A stretch of 64,000 bases of DNA from Octopus sinensis (Eukaryota). This document shows positions 1 to 12,702 of this stretch, in pieces. Under the pieces are notes generated by a model. The model searched no databases and was not told where the DNA came from. It saw nothing but the letters and a program-made list of their open reading frames with translations. A program made the position numbers and the translations under genes. Within the stretch, counting starts at the first letter, position 1; each line of letters opens with the position of its first letter. Location of the stretch: positions 72,788,001 to 72,852,000 of the forward strand of contig NC_043001.1 of NCBI RefSeq assembly GCF_006345805.1, given 5' to 3'.

Positions 1-39
1 ATATATATATACATATATACATCCATATACATACAATAA

Positions 40-281
40 AGAGATATTTTTGTTTCACTTTTAACACGTAATACTGAAATAGTGGAGAAGATATGATATT
101 GCTGTGGGCTCGCCCTAGGCAAGAAGTTAAACATTTTTTTTTGCCCATGACACTACATGGACCCTAAGTAAGGCATGTGTAAAATTTGAATGAATTGGTT
201 GTGTAGTTCTCAAGTTTTAGGGAAACACACAGATGGACAGACAGACAGATAGACACACATTCTCATTTTTATATATATAGA
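40..281 (-). mobile_element. Non-autonomous Helitron-like fragment (5' end) inside a SINE microsatellite
   Basis: Minus strand begins TC-TATATATAAAAATGAGAATGTGTGTCTATCTGTCTG, the same 5' architecture as the complete Helitrons at 18670-19182 and 42913-43697; no 3' CTAG end seen. Confidence 0.55.
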
Positions 282-299
282 TATATACATATATATATA

Positions 300-357
<58 letters not shown>

Positions 358-359
<2 letters not shown>

Positions 360-522
360 CAACGGGCTTCTTTCAGTTTCTGTCTACCAAATCCACTCAC
401 AAGGCTTTGGTCGGCCCGAGGCTATAGTAGAAGACACTTGCCCGAGGTGCCACGCAGTGGGACTGAACCTGGAACCATGTGGTTGGTAAGCAAGCTACTT
501 ACCACACAGCCACTCATATGCC
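358..522 (-). mobile_element. tRNA-derived SINE family A, 5' half
   Basis: Reverse complement of the head of the full copy at 7443-7853 (A box TGGCTGTGTGGTAA, B box GGTTCAGTCCC). Confidence 0.9.
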
Positions 523-896
523 TATAAGTTTGCTTAAATATGTTGATCAGACAAGAACCATTGTTTCCAACATGTGGTGGCCATAAATAAATATCACAAG
601 AAATGTATACACAATAATAATGTAACTTTCTTTTGTGCTGTCCTCAAAGTTGCTGGAAAGAGTTGGAAGGATCCCTTCTTGTCTTTTTCACTGAGCTGAT
701 TCAGAGAGACAAAGGGTTAGTGGTGAGAACCTACCATAGTACTTGACTGGTACTTTGTTTACTGACCCTGAAAGAATGAATAACAAGTATGGCCTTGACA
801 TAATTCAGTCCAAATCCAGCAAACCAGAATATATAAAGTAAATCATTCTAAAAAAATACCTTAAAGAATCTGTTGGTTACTATGAATGTATGTGTG

Positions 897-957
<61 letters not shown>

Positions 958-979
958 CAAATAATGAGAATATTTCATT

Positions 980-1276
980 GTAGAGAGACATGAAGATTGT
1001 GGTATCAAGGTGGTATAAGAGAGAACATTTAGTTGGAGAGAGAGAGGGGGGAGTTGTTTACAGATTTCAATGGAATAAAAGTGAATGTTTAGTTGATGAG
1101 AGAGTAAGACTGAAAAACAGTTGTTTACAGATCTTGATGGAAGAAGAGAGAGAGAGGAAGGAAGTTGTTTACAGACCTTGGTGGGATAAGAGAGAATGTC
1201 TAGATGAAAAGAGAAAGGGAGAGAGAGGAAAACGGTTGAACATAGATTTCAATGGAATAAGAGAGAATGTCCAGTT

Positions 1277-1321
<45 letters not shown>

Positions 1322-1430
1322 AAAAGGGGAAAAAGATTGTTTACAGATTTAGATAGAATAAAAGAGAATGTTTAGTTGGAGAGAAAGAGACAGGAAGATA
1401 GTTGTTTATAGAGCTCGATGGATTGAGTTT
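980..1430 (+). repeat. Degenerate purine-rich minisatellite (about 60-bp units)
   Basis: Recurring GTTGTTTACAGA(T/C)..ATGGAATAAGAGAGAATGTTTAGTTG units separated by (GA)n; explains ORF 990..1280. Confidence 0.75.
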
Positions 1431-1651
1431 ACACTCATGAACAAATAAATATGATTTTATTTCACCAAATATCAATATATTTTAATATCTTGATCAAAGG
1501 AAGAAATAAGTGATGCGATTCTGTGAATGGAATTAAATTACAGATATAAAGTTATGGCATGGAATGGCTTTCGTGATGGCGAAATTGGTTGCTTTATATT
1601 GATAACAAATATTCATAAACTACAGATATGCTATATTATGGAGGCTGATGT

Positions 1652-1723
1652 CTATAAATTTATGAAGGTTAAACTGATATATCGCACTTGACAGTGACAC
1701 TGTTTTAACACTTCAGGAGTAAT
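1652..1723 (-). CDS. Candidate terminal coding exon of unidentified host gene (ITPEVLKQCHCQVRYISLTFINL*)
   Basis: Polypyrimidine tract + TAG acceptor (1724-1726), phase-0 start matching the exon ending at 4631, TAG stop, AATAAA on minus at 1456-1461. Confidence 0.35.
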   Translation of the reverse strand: MTPEVLKQCHCQVRYISLTFINL

Positions 1724-1906
1724 CTACCATTACAGAGGGAGTGTAAGAAAGGAAAGAGAGTATGTACATCACAAAATCTATACCAATATAAGATAATATG
1801 GTAGGCATTGTAGAGATGTTGACTAAAAGCCTGGCATTATTTGTTTGTCCTTAGGTTCTGGTTTCAAATACTTTTACTATTGACTTTTGTCATTTCTCTG
1901 TGTCAT

Positions 1907-2123
1907 TTAACCCTTTTGCTTGAGACTGCTCTTAGTTTCATGATACAAACAGTTGGTTTTAAAAGGATTTCAATTAAAACTTTTCATTAACATTTCATGT
2001 TAATTTATGTCCCAAACACCAGCTTAATATCAACAAAGTTACTTTACTAAATTCTTCTTTATTTTCGAAATTTATTGAAGCAAAGTCAGTGTATCCCAAC
2101 AGAAATGGTAACAAGACAGTTAA
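1907..2123. mobile_element. piggyBac-type MITE
   Basis: TTAA at both ends, CCCTTTTG.. TIR; reverse-orientation homologue of 54431-54657; further tandem partial copies at about 2530-2714 ending GGTAACAAAAGGG-TTAA. Confidence 0.75.
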
Positions 2124-2839
2124 TCATGACATATCTTAATAATACTAAAACTCTAGTTGTTTGTTTGTTCTTGAAATATCTCAGAAATAGTATATTTTAT
2201 CTTAATTTTTTTTACATATAAGAAAAGAAAGATGTCGACTTTTTGACATGCACACACACTAACATAGAGAGACATCTTTTTTGTGGAGATTACTTATCAT
2301 TTCATCATTTCAGATTTAATTCTATTTCATCCATTTGTCATTTGTAATCCTTTTCACAATTTTCTTCAGACATTAAATTGATTACTATTGTTTGGATAGT
2401 TCCAATTAAATAAGTCCAGAAGTTAGGTTAAATATATATATACATGCATAAGTACCATGAATTCCCATTCTATAAACTGGCAAACAATTCTGTGAATACT
2501 TTACTGGGCAATGCTGGGTAGTAAGTCTAATATTTTACTAAAATTTTCATTATTTTAAAACTTAATTGAAACAAAGACAATATATTTTAAAAGAAATATG
2601 GTAAGAAAAGCATCAATAATGACAAAGATGTTTCATAAAAGTCTTCATTATTTTCAAAATTAACTGAAACAAAGACAATGTATTTCAAAAGAAATATGGT
2701 AACAAAAGGGTTAACTATATCACAGTCATACACTGTATCCATCAAGTGAATTATACTCCACATCTACTAAAACTGTGCAACATGTCATAATATTACAGAA
2801 AATGAAAGCCAGTGTTATGTAAAAAAGTGGAATAATACG

Positions 2840-2930
2840 GTACAGGAGTGGCTGTGTGGTAAGTAGCTTGCTTACCAACCAGATGGTTCTGGGTTCAAAC
2901 TGAAACAAGTAAAAGAGAATAAAAGAGAGT
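2840..2930 (+). mobile_element. Internally deleted SINE A (tRNA head fused directly to 3' tail)
   Basis: Head GGAGTGGCTGTGTGGTAAG..GGGTTCA joined to tail ACTGAAACAAGTAAAAGAG. Confidence 0.8.
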
Positions 2931-3002
2931 AATAGATTAAGAATCTGTTATTTAGTTTTGTCTCCCAACATTGTAAGTTCAGGTATCAGCAGCACCGATT
3001 TT

Positions 3003-3165
3003 AGTGTTGTACAGTAGAATATTGTCAAGTTAAATAATGGTGTTGTACAATACTGTATTGTATAGTTAAATAGTGTACAGTACTATATTGTATAGTTAAA
3101 TAAGGATGTTGCACAGTAACTATATTGTATTGTTAAATAATGGTGTTTTGTAGTATTATATTGAC
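3003..3165 (+). repeat. About 35-bp minisatellite, about 5 copies
   Basis: Unit about GTGTTGTACAGTACTATATTGTATAGTTAAATAATG. Confidence 0.8.
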
Positions 3166-3689
3166 CACGGTGTTATAATTAGAATAGTAATAAACTCTTG
3201 TCACATATATTCTTTTCACTGACTGGGGATGCTATTTGAAATAATTATTTACTCTGATTAAATAATTAATGGATTAAATCTGATTATATTCACAGGAAAG
3301 CATAAACCATAACTGTCACAAGCAAATGAATATGACTTGGTAACCTGTACTGTGTTTTCACAAATTGCTTTAGAGGACTGTGTAATCATAGTCAAATATA
3401 GCCACAAAGGCACCTTTATGGTCCTTCCACCCTTCAAGCTGGAAGAACATCAAGGATGTAACAGCTGAAGTGAGAGAAGGCTGCATCATCACTCAGATGG
3501 TACTCCTTTTTAACTGAGTAGACTGGAGTAATATGAAATGGAGAGCTTTGCTCAAGGACACAATACACTGCCTTGTCCAGGAATTGAAGTCGCAACTATA
3601 TGATCATGAACCCAATACATTACCACCACCTCACAAGCTTTCCAAACACTCTGCACAGCCATGTTACACCAGGGGGATTATATAATGTC

Positions 3690-3990
3690 TTCCTGTGAAG
3701 GCCCAAATAACATTTAAAATATTACTACTGACATTCAAAGCTGTACATGGGCTTGCTCCTCAATACACTAGTGAACTGCTTTTTGTTTATGAATTAACTT
3801 GTGTTTGAAATCAAGTAGAAATGGACTCCTCATGGTACCAGGTGCTGAAATGAAAGGCTGCAGAGATTGGGCTTTCCTTAAGTTAGCTCCAGTTTGCTGG
3901 ATTGAGCTTCTTCTGTCTGCAAATTGAACCATCTGTGTTGGCTTCTACACCAAATCTGAATGTCTGTCTTTTCAGGAAATACTAGCAGTA
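3690..3990 (+). mobile_element. L2-type LINE ORF2 C-terminal remnant
   Basis: Translates FKILLLTFKAVHGLAPQYTSELL...DWAFLKLAPVCW, matching the L2 signature FKILLLTYKAL.GLAP.YL...RAFS..AP.LWN. Confidence 0.75.
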
Positions 3991-4630
3991 AACTGCCTTT
4001 CAAATTCTTGTGTTTATGTGAGAATATTTAGTTAAGGTATCTGTGAATGTTGCCATATAAATGTATTATTGCTTGATGTGCAGAATCATTAGAGCATTAG
4101 AAAAATACTTTATGGTATTTATTCCAGTATTTTAAGTTCAAATCCTGTTAAGTGCTATGATCAGTGGTATCAATCTTTTCCCCAATTTGCTGACCTTGTT
4201 TCTCTATTACAAACGGTTATTATTGTTAGGGTGGCAAGTTGGCAGAATTGTGTAGAGTTTTGCATTTCAGACAGAGTAATATAATGTGCTGTAAAAACAA
4301 GAGAATTATGGCATTTTAAGAAGAGAAAGGTTGTGTCTCATGAGGAAAGGTGAATTGAAGTGCTTCTCCTGAGGATAAAATACATGCTTGGTGCAGAAAT
4401 TGAAATAGTAGTATTAAGATTGTGAGCCTAACAATCTAACCACTAGGCTTCATGCCTTCATAAATACATATTTTATATATATATATGTATATATATATAC
4501 ACACAAAATACAACAATACTAAACATAGTAATAAAAATAGAAACAGGAAGACAATGTGGTATACTTTATATAGTATAAACTTACCCACAAATATAGCAAG
4601 ATACTTCCTGGCCCTGATAATTGTACATAC

Positions 4631-4733
4631 CTTCATTTCGCACAAATACAACAAACTATTCAACAAAAATTCAATAAAATTTTGTTGCAATTGTTTGGAT
4701 TGGCTTACAAATCTCCAATCTACAGTTATGAAC
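4631..4733 (-). CDS. Candidate internal exon of unidentified host gene (FITVDWRFVSQSKQLQQNFIEFLLNSLLYLCEMK)
   Basis: TGTTTCCAG acceptor, AAG|GTATGT donor, 103 bp, only one open frame, phase matches the upstream exon. Confidence 0.6.
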
Positions 4734-4808
4734 CTGGAAACAGCACAACAACATGAAGACATGAATTCATGAATGTGACTAGAGAAATACACAAAACTAT
4801 CCTCTTAC

Positions 4809-4879
4809 TGGAAATATCTTTTGCCGATTTTGGTGTTAGAATGACACCATGTAAGATAAACAGAAAATAACTTCAAAGC
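4809..4879 (-). CDS. Candidate internal exon (ALKLFSVYLTWCHSNTKIGKRYFQ)
   Basis: TATCAG acceptor, CA|GTAAGA donor, 71 bp, 75-bp intron to the next exon with frame preserved. Confidence 0.55.
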
Positions 4880-5115
4880 CTGATATACACAACATATCCA
4901 TTCGTTTAGATAAAAAAATAAAGATAACTCCACATCACTTTAATAATATATATAGATTCTTAAAGATTGAGAAGTAATTGATGCCTTTATGATGTAGAGT
5001 TTTGTTGGAAAATCTAGCCATATAATGAAAACAATAACCATTCCAAACTATGCATCATGTAAAAATTATGAGATACTGTCTATACTAACTAATGTTTTGA
5101 AAAGAGAGATTAAAC

Positions 5116-5290
5116 CTTTTCTATATGTTTGCATAGAAGAAAAACTAGTTTTTCATCCTTTAAACTTATCCTTGTATCAGATATTGTTGAATTATAAACT
5201 GAATTAACTACAACCTCAAAATGCATGTTAACTATATGTAGAAAGCTATTTCTCATTAACAGGAGTAAAATTAACTTTGAGTGAACTCCC
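5116..5290 (-). CDS. Candidate internal exon (GVHSKLILLLLMRNSF...LLCKHIEK)
   Basis: TATTTTTCAG acceptor, 175 bp with a single open frame, weak AAG|GTTTAA donor giving phase 0 into exon 4879. Confidence 0.45.
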
Positions 5291-5914
5291 CTGAAAAATA
5301 TAACATTTGTGCTATCTCTATAGTAAAAATACAGTATTGGTATTATTTATAAATATAACATTAATGCCATACTTTACCAACTTAGAGAAGTACCAGCTAT
5401 GTAGAATAACTGAGTTGACTGGGCAACATGGAATGATAACTTTGCCTAGGCACACACTGAGCTGCCCAATCCAGGAATCAAAGTCATGAACTCATGATCA
5501 TGAGCATGCCAACACCTTAACCAAGGGCCATACTTTAAACATAAGTGTGTAAATTACATTAGTACATTCAACATGCAGTAAGGGTGCACTGGGTACAGAG
5601 GTGGCATAAGGAGGTGGAGAGAGAGGAAAGGTGCAAATCAAAGGTGTGGACTACCCTGAACAAGTGTTAAGTAGACACTTCAGGTGGTGTTTACAATTTA
5701 TCGCCAGCACATTGTGTTTATTAAGTAGAGAAGGGCCATCATCTGTGATTATGGTGATGGCCTCATGTGGGCAAAGCCTGCACCAGTGCCCAGGAGATTG
5801 GTAAGGAAAGCTAAGTAATAAAATAAAGCAAATACTTGAGGAAATTTTTAGGAGTTAGTTCATAAATATAACAAAAGGTAGTTGTATATAGTTTTTCATT
5901 ATTTACCTATTTAC

Positions 5915-6041
5915 CATAATGAAATAGATCTTGATGGATTTTGGTGTATTATAAAACAACAATAATTCCACATAATGTGGTTTGACAATTCTTGTTGAAT
6001 ACAGAATTGAAATATGGAAAATTCTAGATATTTATTTGCAA
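5915..6041 (-). CDS. Candidate internal exon (ANKYLEFSIFQFCIQQELSNHIMWNYCCFIIHQNPSRSISLW)
   Basis: AAACAG acceptor, TG|GTAAAT donor, phase 2 compatible with exon 5290; an alternative frame/donor at 5907 is also open. Confidence 0.4.
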
Positions 6042-6503
6042 CTGTTTATATGAATGTGTTCATGGAAATGTACATTGATAAGTTAATAAGATAATACAAA
6101 TATTATATATACAATGTAAATAGATTATTTTATAATGTCTTTGTATCAGTGGAATAATCTATATTGTAAGTTTGAATATGTTCAAATAGATAAATGCTTA
6201 TTGCCAAAGTCAATCAAACAGCCCAAAATTAACTGGAGAAAGTTCTGTTGAGGCTATGCCAAGATACAAGCTAATTGTAATAAAAATTGAGTGAAATGCA
6301 GGTGAACATTTTCTGGCTCTTTATGTTTTAGGTCTAATTGCCTTTTGAATTCAACTTTTGACTTTCATCCTTCAGGCTTGGTGTTGAATAACTTACCTAT
6401 CATTTACTGGGGTTAAATATTAGCTAACTTTCCACCTCTCTCCTCAAAATTATTTACTTTGTGACCAAATCAGAAACAGTGGCAGGATGTAAAATGTTTA
6501 CCA

Positions 6504-6569
<66 letters not shown>

Positions 6570-6688
6570 TTTTAATAAAGCAGCAAAATTCTTCCCAAAC
6601 TGTTACTCAGAGTTTCTCGAAACATTGCAATAAAGAAAGGAAATAAGTAAAGATGGAGAGCTGGTTACAAAGGAAATAATTTAATAGC

Positions 6689-6833
6689 CTTATACATTTC
6701 ATGCACAAAGGCCCATCATCAGAAGTAAACAACTAAAGAATTATCAATTTATTTAAGGCTGGTATCCGAATAGATTGATAATTCTTTGATTGTTTACTTG
6801 TGATAAGGGCTTTTGCACCTAAAATATATTTAA
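6689..6833. repeat. Fold-back palindrome with degenerate hammerhead motifs in both arms
   Basis: Arms about 6689-6753 and 6769-6833 are inverted; minus arm reads CTGATGA-TGGGC..GCAT-GAAA, plus arm GTGATAA..AAAA (decayed). Confidence 0.7.
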
Positions 6834-6882
6834 GAATATAAACGTTGTAAGAAGCTCTCTGTCTTTACCTATATATAAAGCT

Positions 6883-6925
6883 ACAAGGTCTGATCAATAA
6901 GTATTCGGACTGTTGCCATAGTAAG
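6883..6925 (+). mobile_element. Isolated mariner TIR
   Basis: TA-CAAGGTCTGATCAATAAGTATTCGGACTGTTG matches the TIR at 29970-30009 in reverse complement. Confidence 0.7.
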
Positions 6926-7442
6926 TGGTGGTGGTGGTGGTGGTGGTGGTGGTGGTGGTGGTGGTGGTGGTGGTGAACTAGCTAACAATGTAGCCAATTA
7001 ACAAACTGGTTGCTTGATTAATCATTTGATCAATCAATCAACCAGTCAGCTGGCTCGTCAGTATTCCTAAGGTTGACTAGTAATAAGAATATAATGAAGT
7101 GAAATGTAACCAGGGTGTGTTTTAATTGACAAAATGATGCTTCCAAAGTCTAAAATTTAAAGTGCCAAACCAAAAATGAAAAGCTTTCAAAAAAAAAAAC
7201 TAAAGAATCAAATTAAGCAAAGAAAAACCAAATGTATAACTTCAAATTGTAATTAAAATTCTTATCAAAGTTTCATTCTAAAATGACTATGAAATTTTAT
7301 GTTAAGTAAAACTTTTTTAATGTTTATTTTTCTAATATTTTGATTTTATTTTTAATCTGTCTGTCTGTCTGTCTGTCTCTCTGTCTCTCTCTCTCTCTCA
7401 TAAAAAAAACTCTATGTTGTTTCAATAAATAACTTAACCAGG

Positions 7443-7853
7443 GGCAGGAATTGCTGTGTGGTAAGTAGCTTGCTTACCAACCACATGGTTCCGGGTTCAG
7501 TCCCACTGCGTGGCACTTTGGGCAAAGTGTCTTCTACTATAGCCTCGGGCTGACCAAAGCCTTTTGAGTGGATTTGGTAGACGGAAACTGAAAGAAGCCT
7601 GTCGTATATATGTATATATGTGTATGTGTGTGTGTGTGTGTTTGTGTGTCTGTGTTTGACCCCCCAACATCGCTTAACAACCGATGCTGGTGTGTTTACA
7701 TCCCTGTAGCTTAGTGGTTCAGCAAAAGAGACCAATAGAATAAGTACTAGGCTTACAAAGAATAAGTCCTGGGATCGATTTGCTCAACTAAAAGGTGGTG
7801 CTCCAGCATGGCCGCAGTCAAATGACTGAAACAAGTAAAAGAGAAAAGAGTAA
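7443..7853 (+). mobile_element. Full-length tRNA-derived SINE family A with internal (TA)/(TG) microsatellite
   Basis: Pol III A/B boxes, body, central microsatellite, tail GGTGCTCCAGCATGGCCGCAGTCAAATGACTGAAACAAGTAAAAGAG. Other copies at about 10936-11338(-), 16300-16750(+), 17195-17340(-), 31860-32703(-), 35120-35335(+), 41860-42022(-), 42678-43772(-). Confidence 0.92.
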
Positions 7854-8099
7854 CCAACTGATAAATTGGAATTTTAAAAATACATACCACAAAGAAAGAA
7901 ATAAGTGCTGAGATCAATATGATTTACTAAAACTGTTGAAACTGGTGCTGCAGCATGGCCACAGTCCAATGACTGAAATTAGTCAAAGAATAAAAATATA
8001 CACATAAACTACACAATTTAATAGTTGTATTCACACATAGTAGATGAATCTCTGTTGTTTGTAGACAATGAACACTCCACTTGTTGAATCAACTCAACT

Positions 8100-8330
8100 A
8101 CGTCATCATCATCATTGTTTAACATGTTTTCCATACTGGCAGGAGTTGGACTGTTTGACAGGAGCTGTCCAGGCTCTAATTATCTGTTTTGGCATGGCTT
8201 CTACACCTGGATGCCCTTCCTAATGCCAACCACTTTACAGAGTGTGCTGGGTGTGTTTTCGTGTGCCACCTGCACAAGTGCATTGTATGTCACACTGACA
8301 TGAGTGCATGTTATGAGGCACCAGCACCTG
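8100..8330 (-). mobile_element. RTE LINE 3' tail
   Basis: (CAT)n followed by CTGGATGCCCTTCCTAATGCCAACCAC, the reverse complement of 61600-61770. Confidence 0.85.
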
Positions 8331-8961
8331 CAATACAAAGATCTCTCAGCTGGGAGAGGGAGTGGGGATATGACCATGCAATTGACCAAGTATACTACAA
8401 ACATTTTGTACATTTAATGTAATTTTCTGACAGAATCAGTATGACTGTGTTTGTGACATGGCTGGTTATGTAAATTACAAGTATAGCCTTCACAGTATCC
8501 TTCTGATAAAGTTCATAAGGAAAGCATGGATCAATCTGAAGTTATAGTAAAAGACAGTTGCTCAAGATGCTGTTATGCAATGGGATTGAACCTGGGAATA
8601 CTAGATTGCAGAGCATACTTGTTAACTCATCAATTCCATTGATAATCCCTTTCCACACTACATGGTCCTGCATTGCTGTGTTCAGATCTCTAATATCCAG
8701 CTTTGAGTCCCGAGATATAGATCTGGAAATGTCAGTTTCCTAGAGAAAACACTTCCAGAGGGATGCCATAGGAGCAGGGATGAGATAACCTCTTTTTCTG
8801 CTCAGTGACAGTGGCCAGCAAATTGTAGCCATTTCTGCTTTTCGTTAACTACTTGGCCATGCCTGCACTCCCTAACACATGTTTATTGCATTAACACATT
8901 TAACATGTGATACATACTCATAGGTGTGTTCAAATCAATGTGATTGTTCGACCTGCTAGAA

Positions 8962-9333
8962 ATCATCATCATCATCATTTAATGTCCGTTTTCCATATTG
9001 GCATGGGTTAGATGGTTTGTCTGGAGCTGATAAGTTGGAAAGTTGCACCAGCTCCAGTCTGTTTTGGCTTGGGTTCTATGGCTGGATGCCCTTCCTAATG
9101 CCAACCATTCCACAGAATGTATGGGTGTCTTTTACATGTCACTAACATGGGTGCCTTTTACATGTCACCAGCACAGGTGTCTCTTATGTGTCACTAGCAC
9201 AGGTGTCTCTTATGTGTCACTAGCACAGGTGTCTTTTACATGTCAGCAGCATGGGTGCCTTTTATGTGTCAGAAACATGGGTGCCATCCATGTATCACTG
9301 GCATGGGTGCCATTTATGTATCACCAGCACTAA
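8962..9333 (-). mobile_element. RTE LINE 3' tail with about 25-bp repeat array
   Basis: Same tail; repeated TTTTA(C/T)(A/G)TGTCAC(C/T)AGCAC(A/G)GGTG(T/C)C units at 9125-9330. Confidence 0.85.
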
Positions 9334-10399
9334 CAACAAAATTTACCTAAAATTTCATCCTAATAAGTCTGTTTAATTAGGACAGCCCTGAGGCTCAGAC
9401 AGCAACAAAAACAGCTGCCACAATAGTAACAACAACAACAACACTTAGAACCACAGCAGCTGCAGTAACAATAAAATGGCAACAACAACAATACTAGCAA
9501 CACAACAATTGTAAGAATAACAATAATGACAGCAATAACAACGGCAACAACATCAATATCATCCGTGGCAGCAACAGCATAAACAAGAACCACGACTGTA
9601 GCAGCTGTTGCAACAATGAATATGACAACACAACAATTACAAGAACAACAACAGCAACAACAACCAGAACATACAAATGAACTTATTCATGCTACATACA
9701 ATAATCACAGACACATACCTGCAAGCCTATAAATATTCTGAGATATATGCACACATATACACGTACATCATAAGTAAATATACATGGACATATGCAAACA
9801 CATCCATGCACAAACACATGTATGTACATATGCTCCCATCTATATGCAAAACACACACATACATACATATATATATATATATATACACATACATCATAAC
9901 CATCCATGCCCTTAGATACATATACATACCCATACTCATCCAAAATACATGCAAAAACACATGTACACACCCATTTGTAGATGTTTACACCCATAGTCAA
10001 ACATATCAGTATGTATATACAAATATCCACCCACAAACACATACTGCATACACACAAGCATAAACATGCCCACACATTCTTAAACATACAAATATGCACA
10101 CAAACATAAAAGCAAACAATCAAATACACACACGCATACACACAAAATACACACACAGACACAAAACACATATTAACATATACTCCTACATGTACAGAAA
10201 TAATTATACCATATATAAACATATGTGTGCACATACATATGTACACAAAAGCTGAGACAAACACATAAACACAAACATATAAACACTAACATATGCATTT
10301 ACATGCATCCCTCCTGTAAATGGTTATACAAATTCATGCAAACGTAGAGACAAACATACACATAACACATACAGAAACACTCACATATATACCCATGAT

Positions 10400-10680
10400 A
10401 ATAAAATCATGAGTTTGATACCTTGTGGTATGTTGTGTCCTTGAACAAAACACTTTATTCGATGTTGCTCTAGTTCACTCAGCAGGTAAAAATAAGTTGT
10501 ACCTCTAATTAAAACAGTCAGCCTTGTCACATTCTGTGTCATGCTGAATCTCCCTGAGAAAACTTTTTTAGGGTATGCATGTCTATTGAGTACTCAGCTA
10601 TTTGCACATTAATTATATGAGCAGGCTGTTCTGTTGATTGGATCAAGTAGAACACTCATCATTGTAACTGACGGAGTTAA
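10400..10680 (+). mobile_element. SINE family C
   Basis: GTGTCCTTGAACAAAACACTTTATTC..TTGCTCTAGTTCACTCAGC core; reverse-complement relatives at about 3490-3630 and 5330-5530. Confidence 0.6.
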
Positions 10681-10789
10681 GAAGGAGAAAAAAAATGTAA
10701 TCATATATATATGCATACACACACAAATGCAGAGACAGATACTATGCATTCACATACACACACACAGACTACACTTGAAAGAAATGAAG

Positions 10790-11931
10790 CTTGTATACTT
10801 TGATAGATGTGCAATGACATTGTGCATGTATGACAGAGCGTAAGTGGCTTAAGAGAAAAGTTGGGCATAAGAGGCATCAGATATGGTGTGCAAGAGAGAT
10901 GACTGCATTGGTATGGCCATGTGATGCATACGGATACTCTCTCTTTACTTGTTTCAGTCATGTGACTGTGGCCATGCTGGAGCACCGCCTTTAGTCAAGC
11001 AAATCTATCCCAGGACTTATTCTTTGTAAACCTAGTACTTATTCTATTGGTCTCTTTTGCCGAACTGCTAAGTTATGGGGACGTAAACACACCAGCATCG
11101 GTTGTCAAGCGATGTTGGGGGGGACAAACACAGATACACAAACATATACACACACATACATATATACATATATATGACAGGCTTCTTTCAGTTTCCATCT
11201 CCCAAATTCACTCACAAGGCTTTGGTCGGCCCAAGGCTATAGTAGAAGACACTTGCCCAAGGTGCCATGCAGTGGGACTGAACCTGGAACCATGTGATTC
11301 GTAAGCTAGCTACTTACCACACAGCCACTCCTACACCTGGATGTGAACAAATGTATGAAGAAGTGCCGATCTCTAACAATGGAGGAAAGCTGTAGAAGGG
11401 GGAGACCCAGGAACACATGGGAGGAGGTGGTGAAGCAGGATGTTCAAAAATTGGATTTTATGGAGGCAATGACTTAGTAACCGAGACCGTTGGCCAAGTG
11501 AAATCATAGTTTTGGCTGTTGTCAGTGTCACATAACTGGTACTCATGCTGGTGGAACATAAAAGGCCCCTTTCGAATGTTGATGCTGCTGTTGTGTGAAC
11601 TAGTAACCATACCAATGACACATAAAAAGCTCCTATTGAGAACTGGGCCTCATGGAGGCAATAACAAATGACTAAGTCCTTTGGCAATATGCAGTGCTTG
11701 AGAAGACCCATCAAGTTGTATCACATACTGGTGTCATGCAATTGGCACCTGTATTGGTGGCACACAAATGCACTTAATACACTCTCGGAGTGGTTGGTGT
11801 TAGGAAAGACATCCAGCCGTAGAAACCATGTCAAATCAGACTGGAGTCTGGTGCAGCTCTTCAGCTCATCAGCTCAAACCATCCAGCCCATGCCAGCATG
11901 GACAACAGATGTTAAATGATGATGATGATGA
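10790..11931 (+). mobile_element. 5'-truncated RTE LINE interrupted by SINE A (10936-11338)
   Basis: LREKLGIRGIRYGVQER*LHWYGHV before the SINE and CRRGRPRNTW after it are collinear with ORF 60049..60867; ends in (GAT)n. Confidence 0.85.
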
Positions 11932-12702
11932 TATATATATATATATATATATCTTATATCTTATTTATATCCTTATAAAAAACAAAGTTTGTTTGTATGT
12001 TGAGCACAGAAAACACTAAATAAAATTGATATTTTAGGTTTTTTGTGTCATTTCAATTACTTTGACCATTTCGCAGATAACTGTACACTTATTTTCAAAA
12101 AATGGAATGGGAGGAGCCGAATTGGTGGTGTATTGGCTCCTATTTTTAGCAATCCACACTGTCTATTTCACAGTAATGTTTCTTTTTACAGATAGTGCGT
12201 ACCTACACAAGAGAGACCTACAGAATTTGTTTCTTCATAACTTTAGAGAAAATTGATATTTTTCAATAAAATTTTCTACAAATATTCTTCTAATAGTATA
12301 TATTCCAACTATATTGGAATTTGTCATGCAAACCTTATTTTTTCACTCCCATCAGAACCAAATCGCTTGAATTTTCCGAATCTGCTCTCCCAACTTGCAG
12401 AAAATGCTTTTCACAACAATTCCAATATAATCAGAATCTAAACCATCTGAAACATTGCTGTATAAAATGTCATTGAAAAATATTCATTTCTCTGAAAGTT
12501 AGAAAACAAATTCTGTGGGGCACAGTTGTATAGTTGTGGCTTTAAATGACCATTTTTTTTTTTAATATATGTATACATGCAGGAAGACTGACAGTTTTAC
12601 ATTCTGATGTATAAACATAATGCACGTATATTTATATATACCTATATATACATACATTCCTATAATTTTAAACATATAACTCATAGATATATTACAGTTA
12701 TA

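Noticed and set aside
7443-7520. tRNA gene
   Set aside because: A/B boxes belong to a multi-copy SINE head; no complete cloverleaf or terminator.
9340-10400. ORFs of 60-190 aa (also 17356-18433, 31962-32583, 42331-42703)
   Set aside because: Translations of (CA)n, (TA)n, (CAA)n and (TATG)n low-complexity DNA.
11950-12540. Additional Helitron
   Set aside because: 5' end is suggestive but the 3' hairpin and CTAG are not convincingly present.
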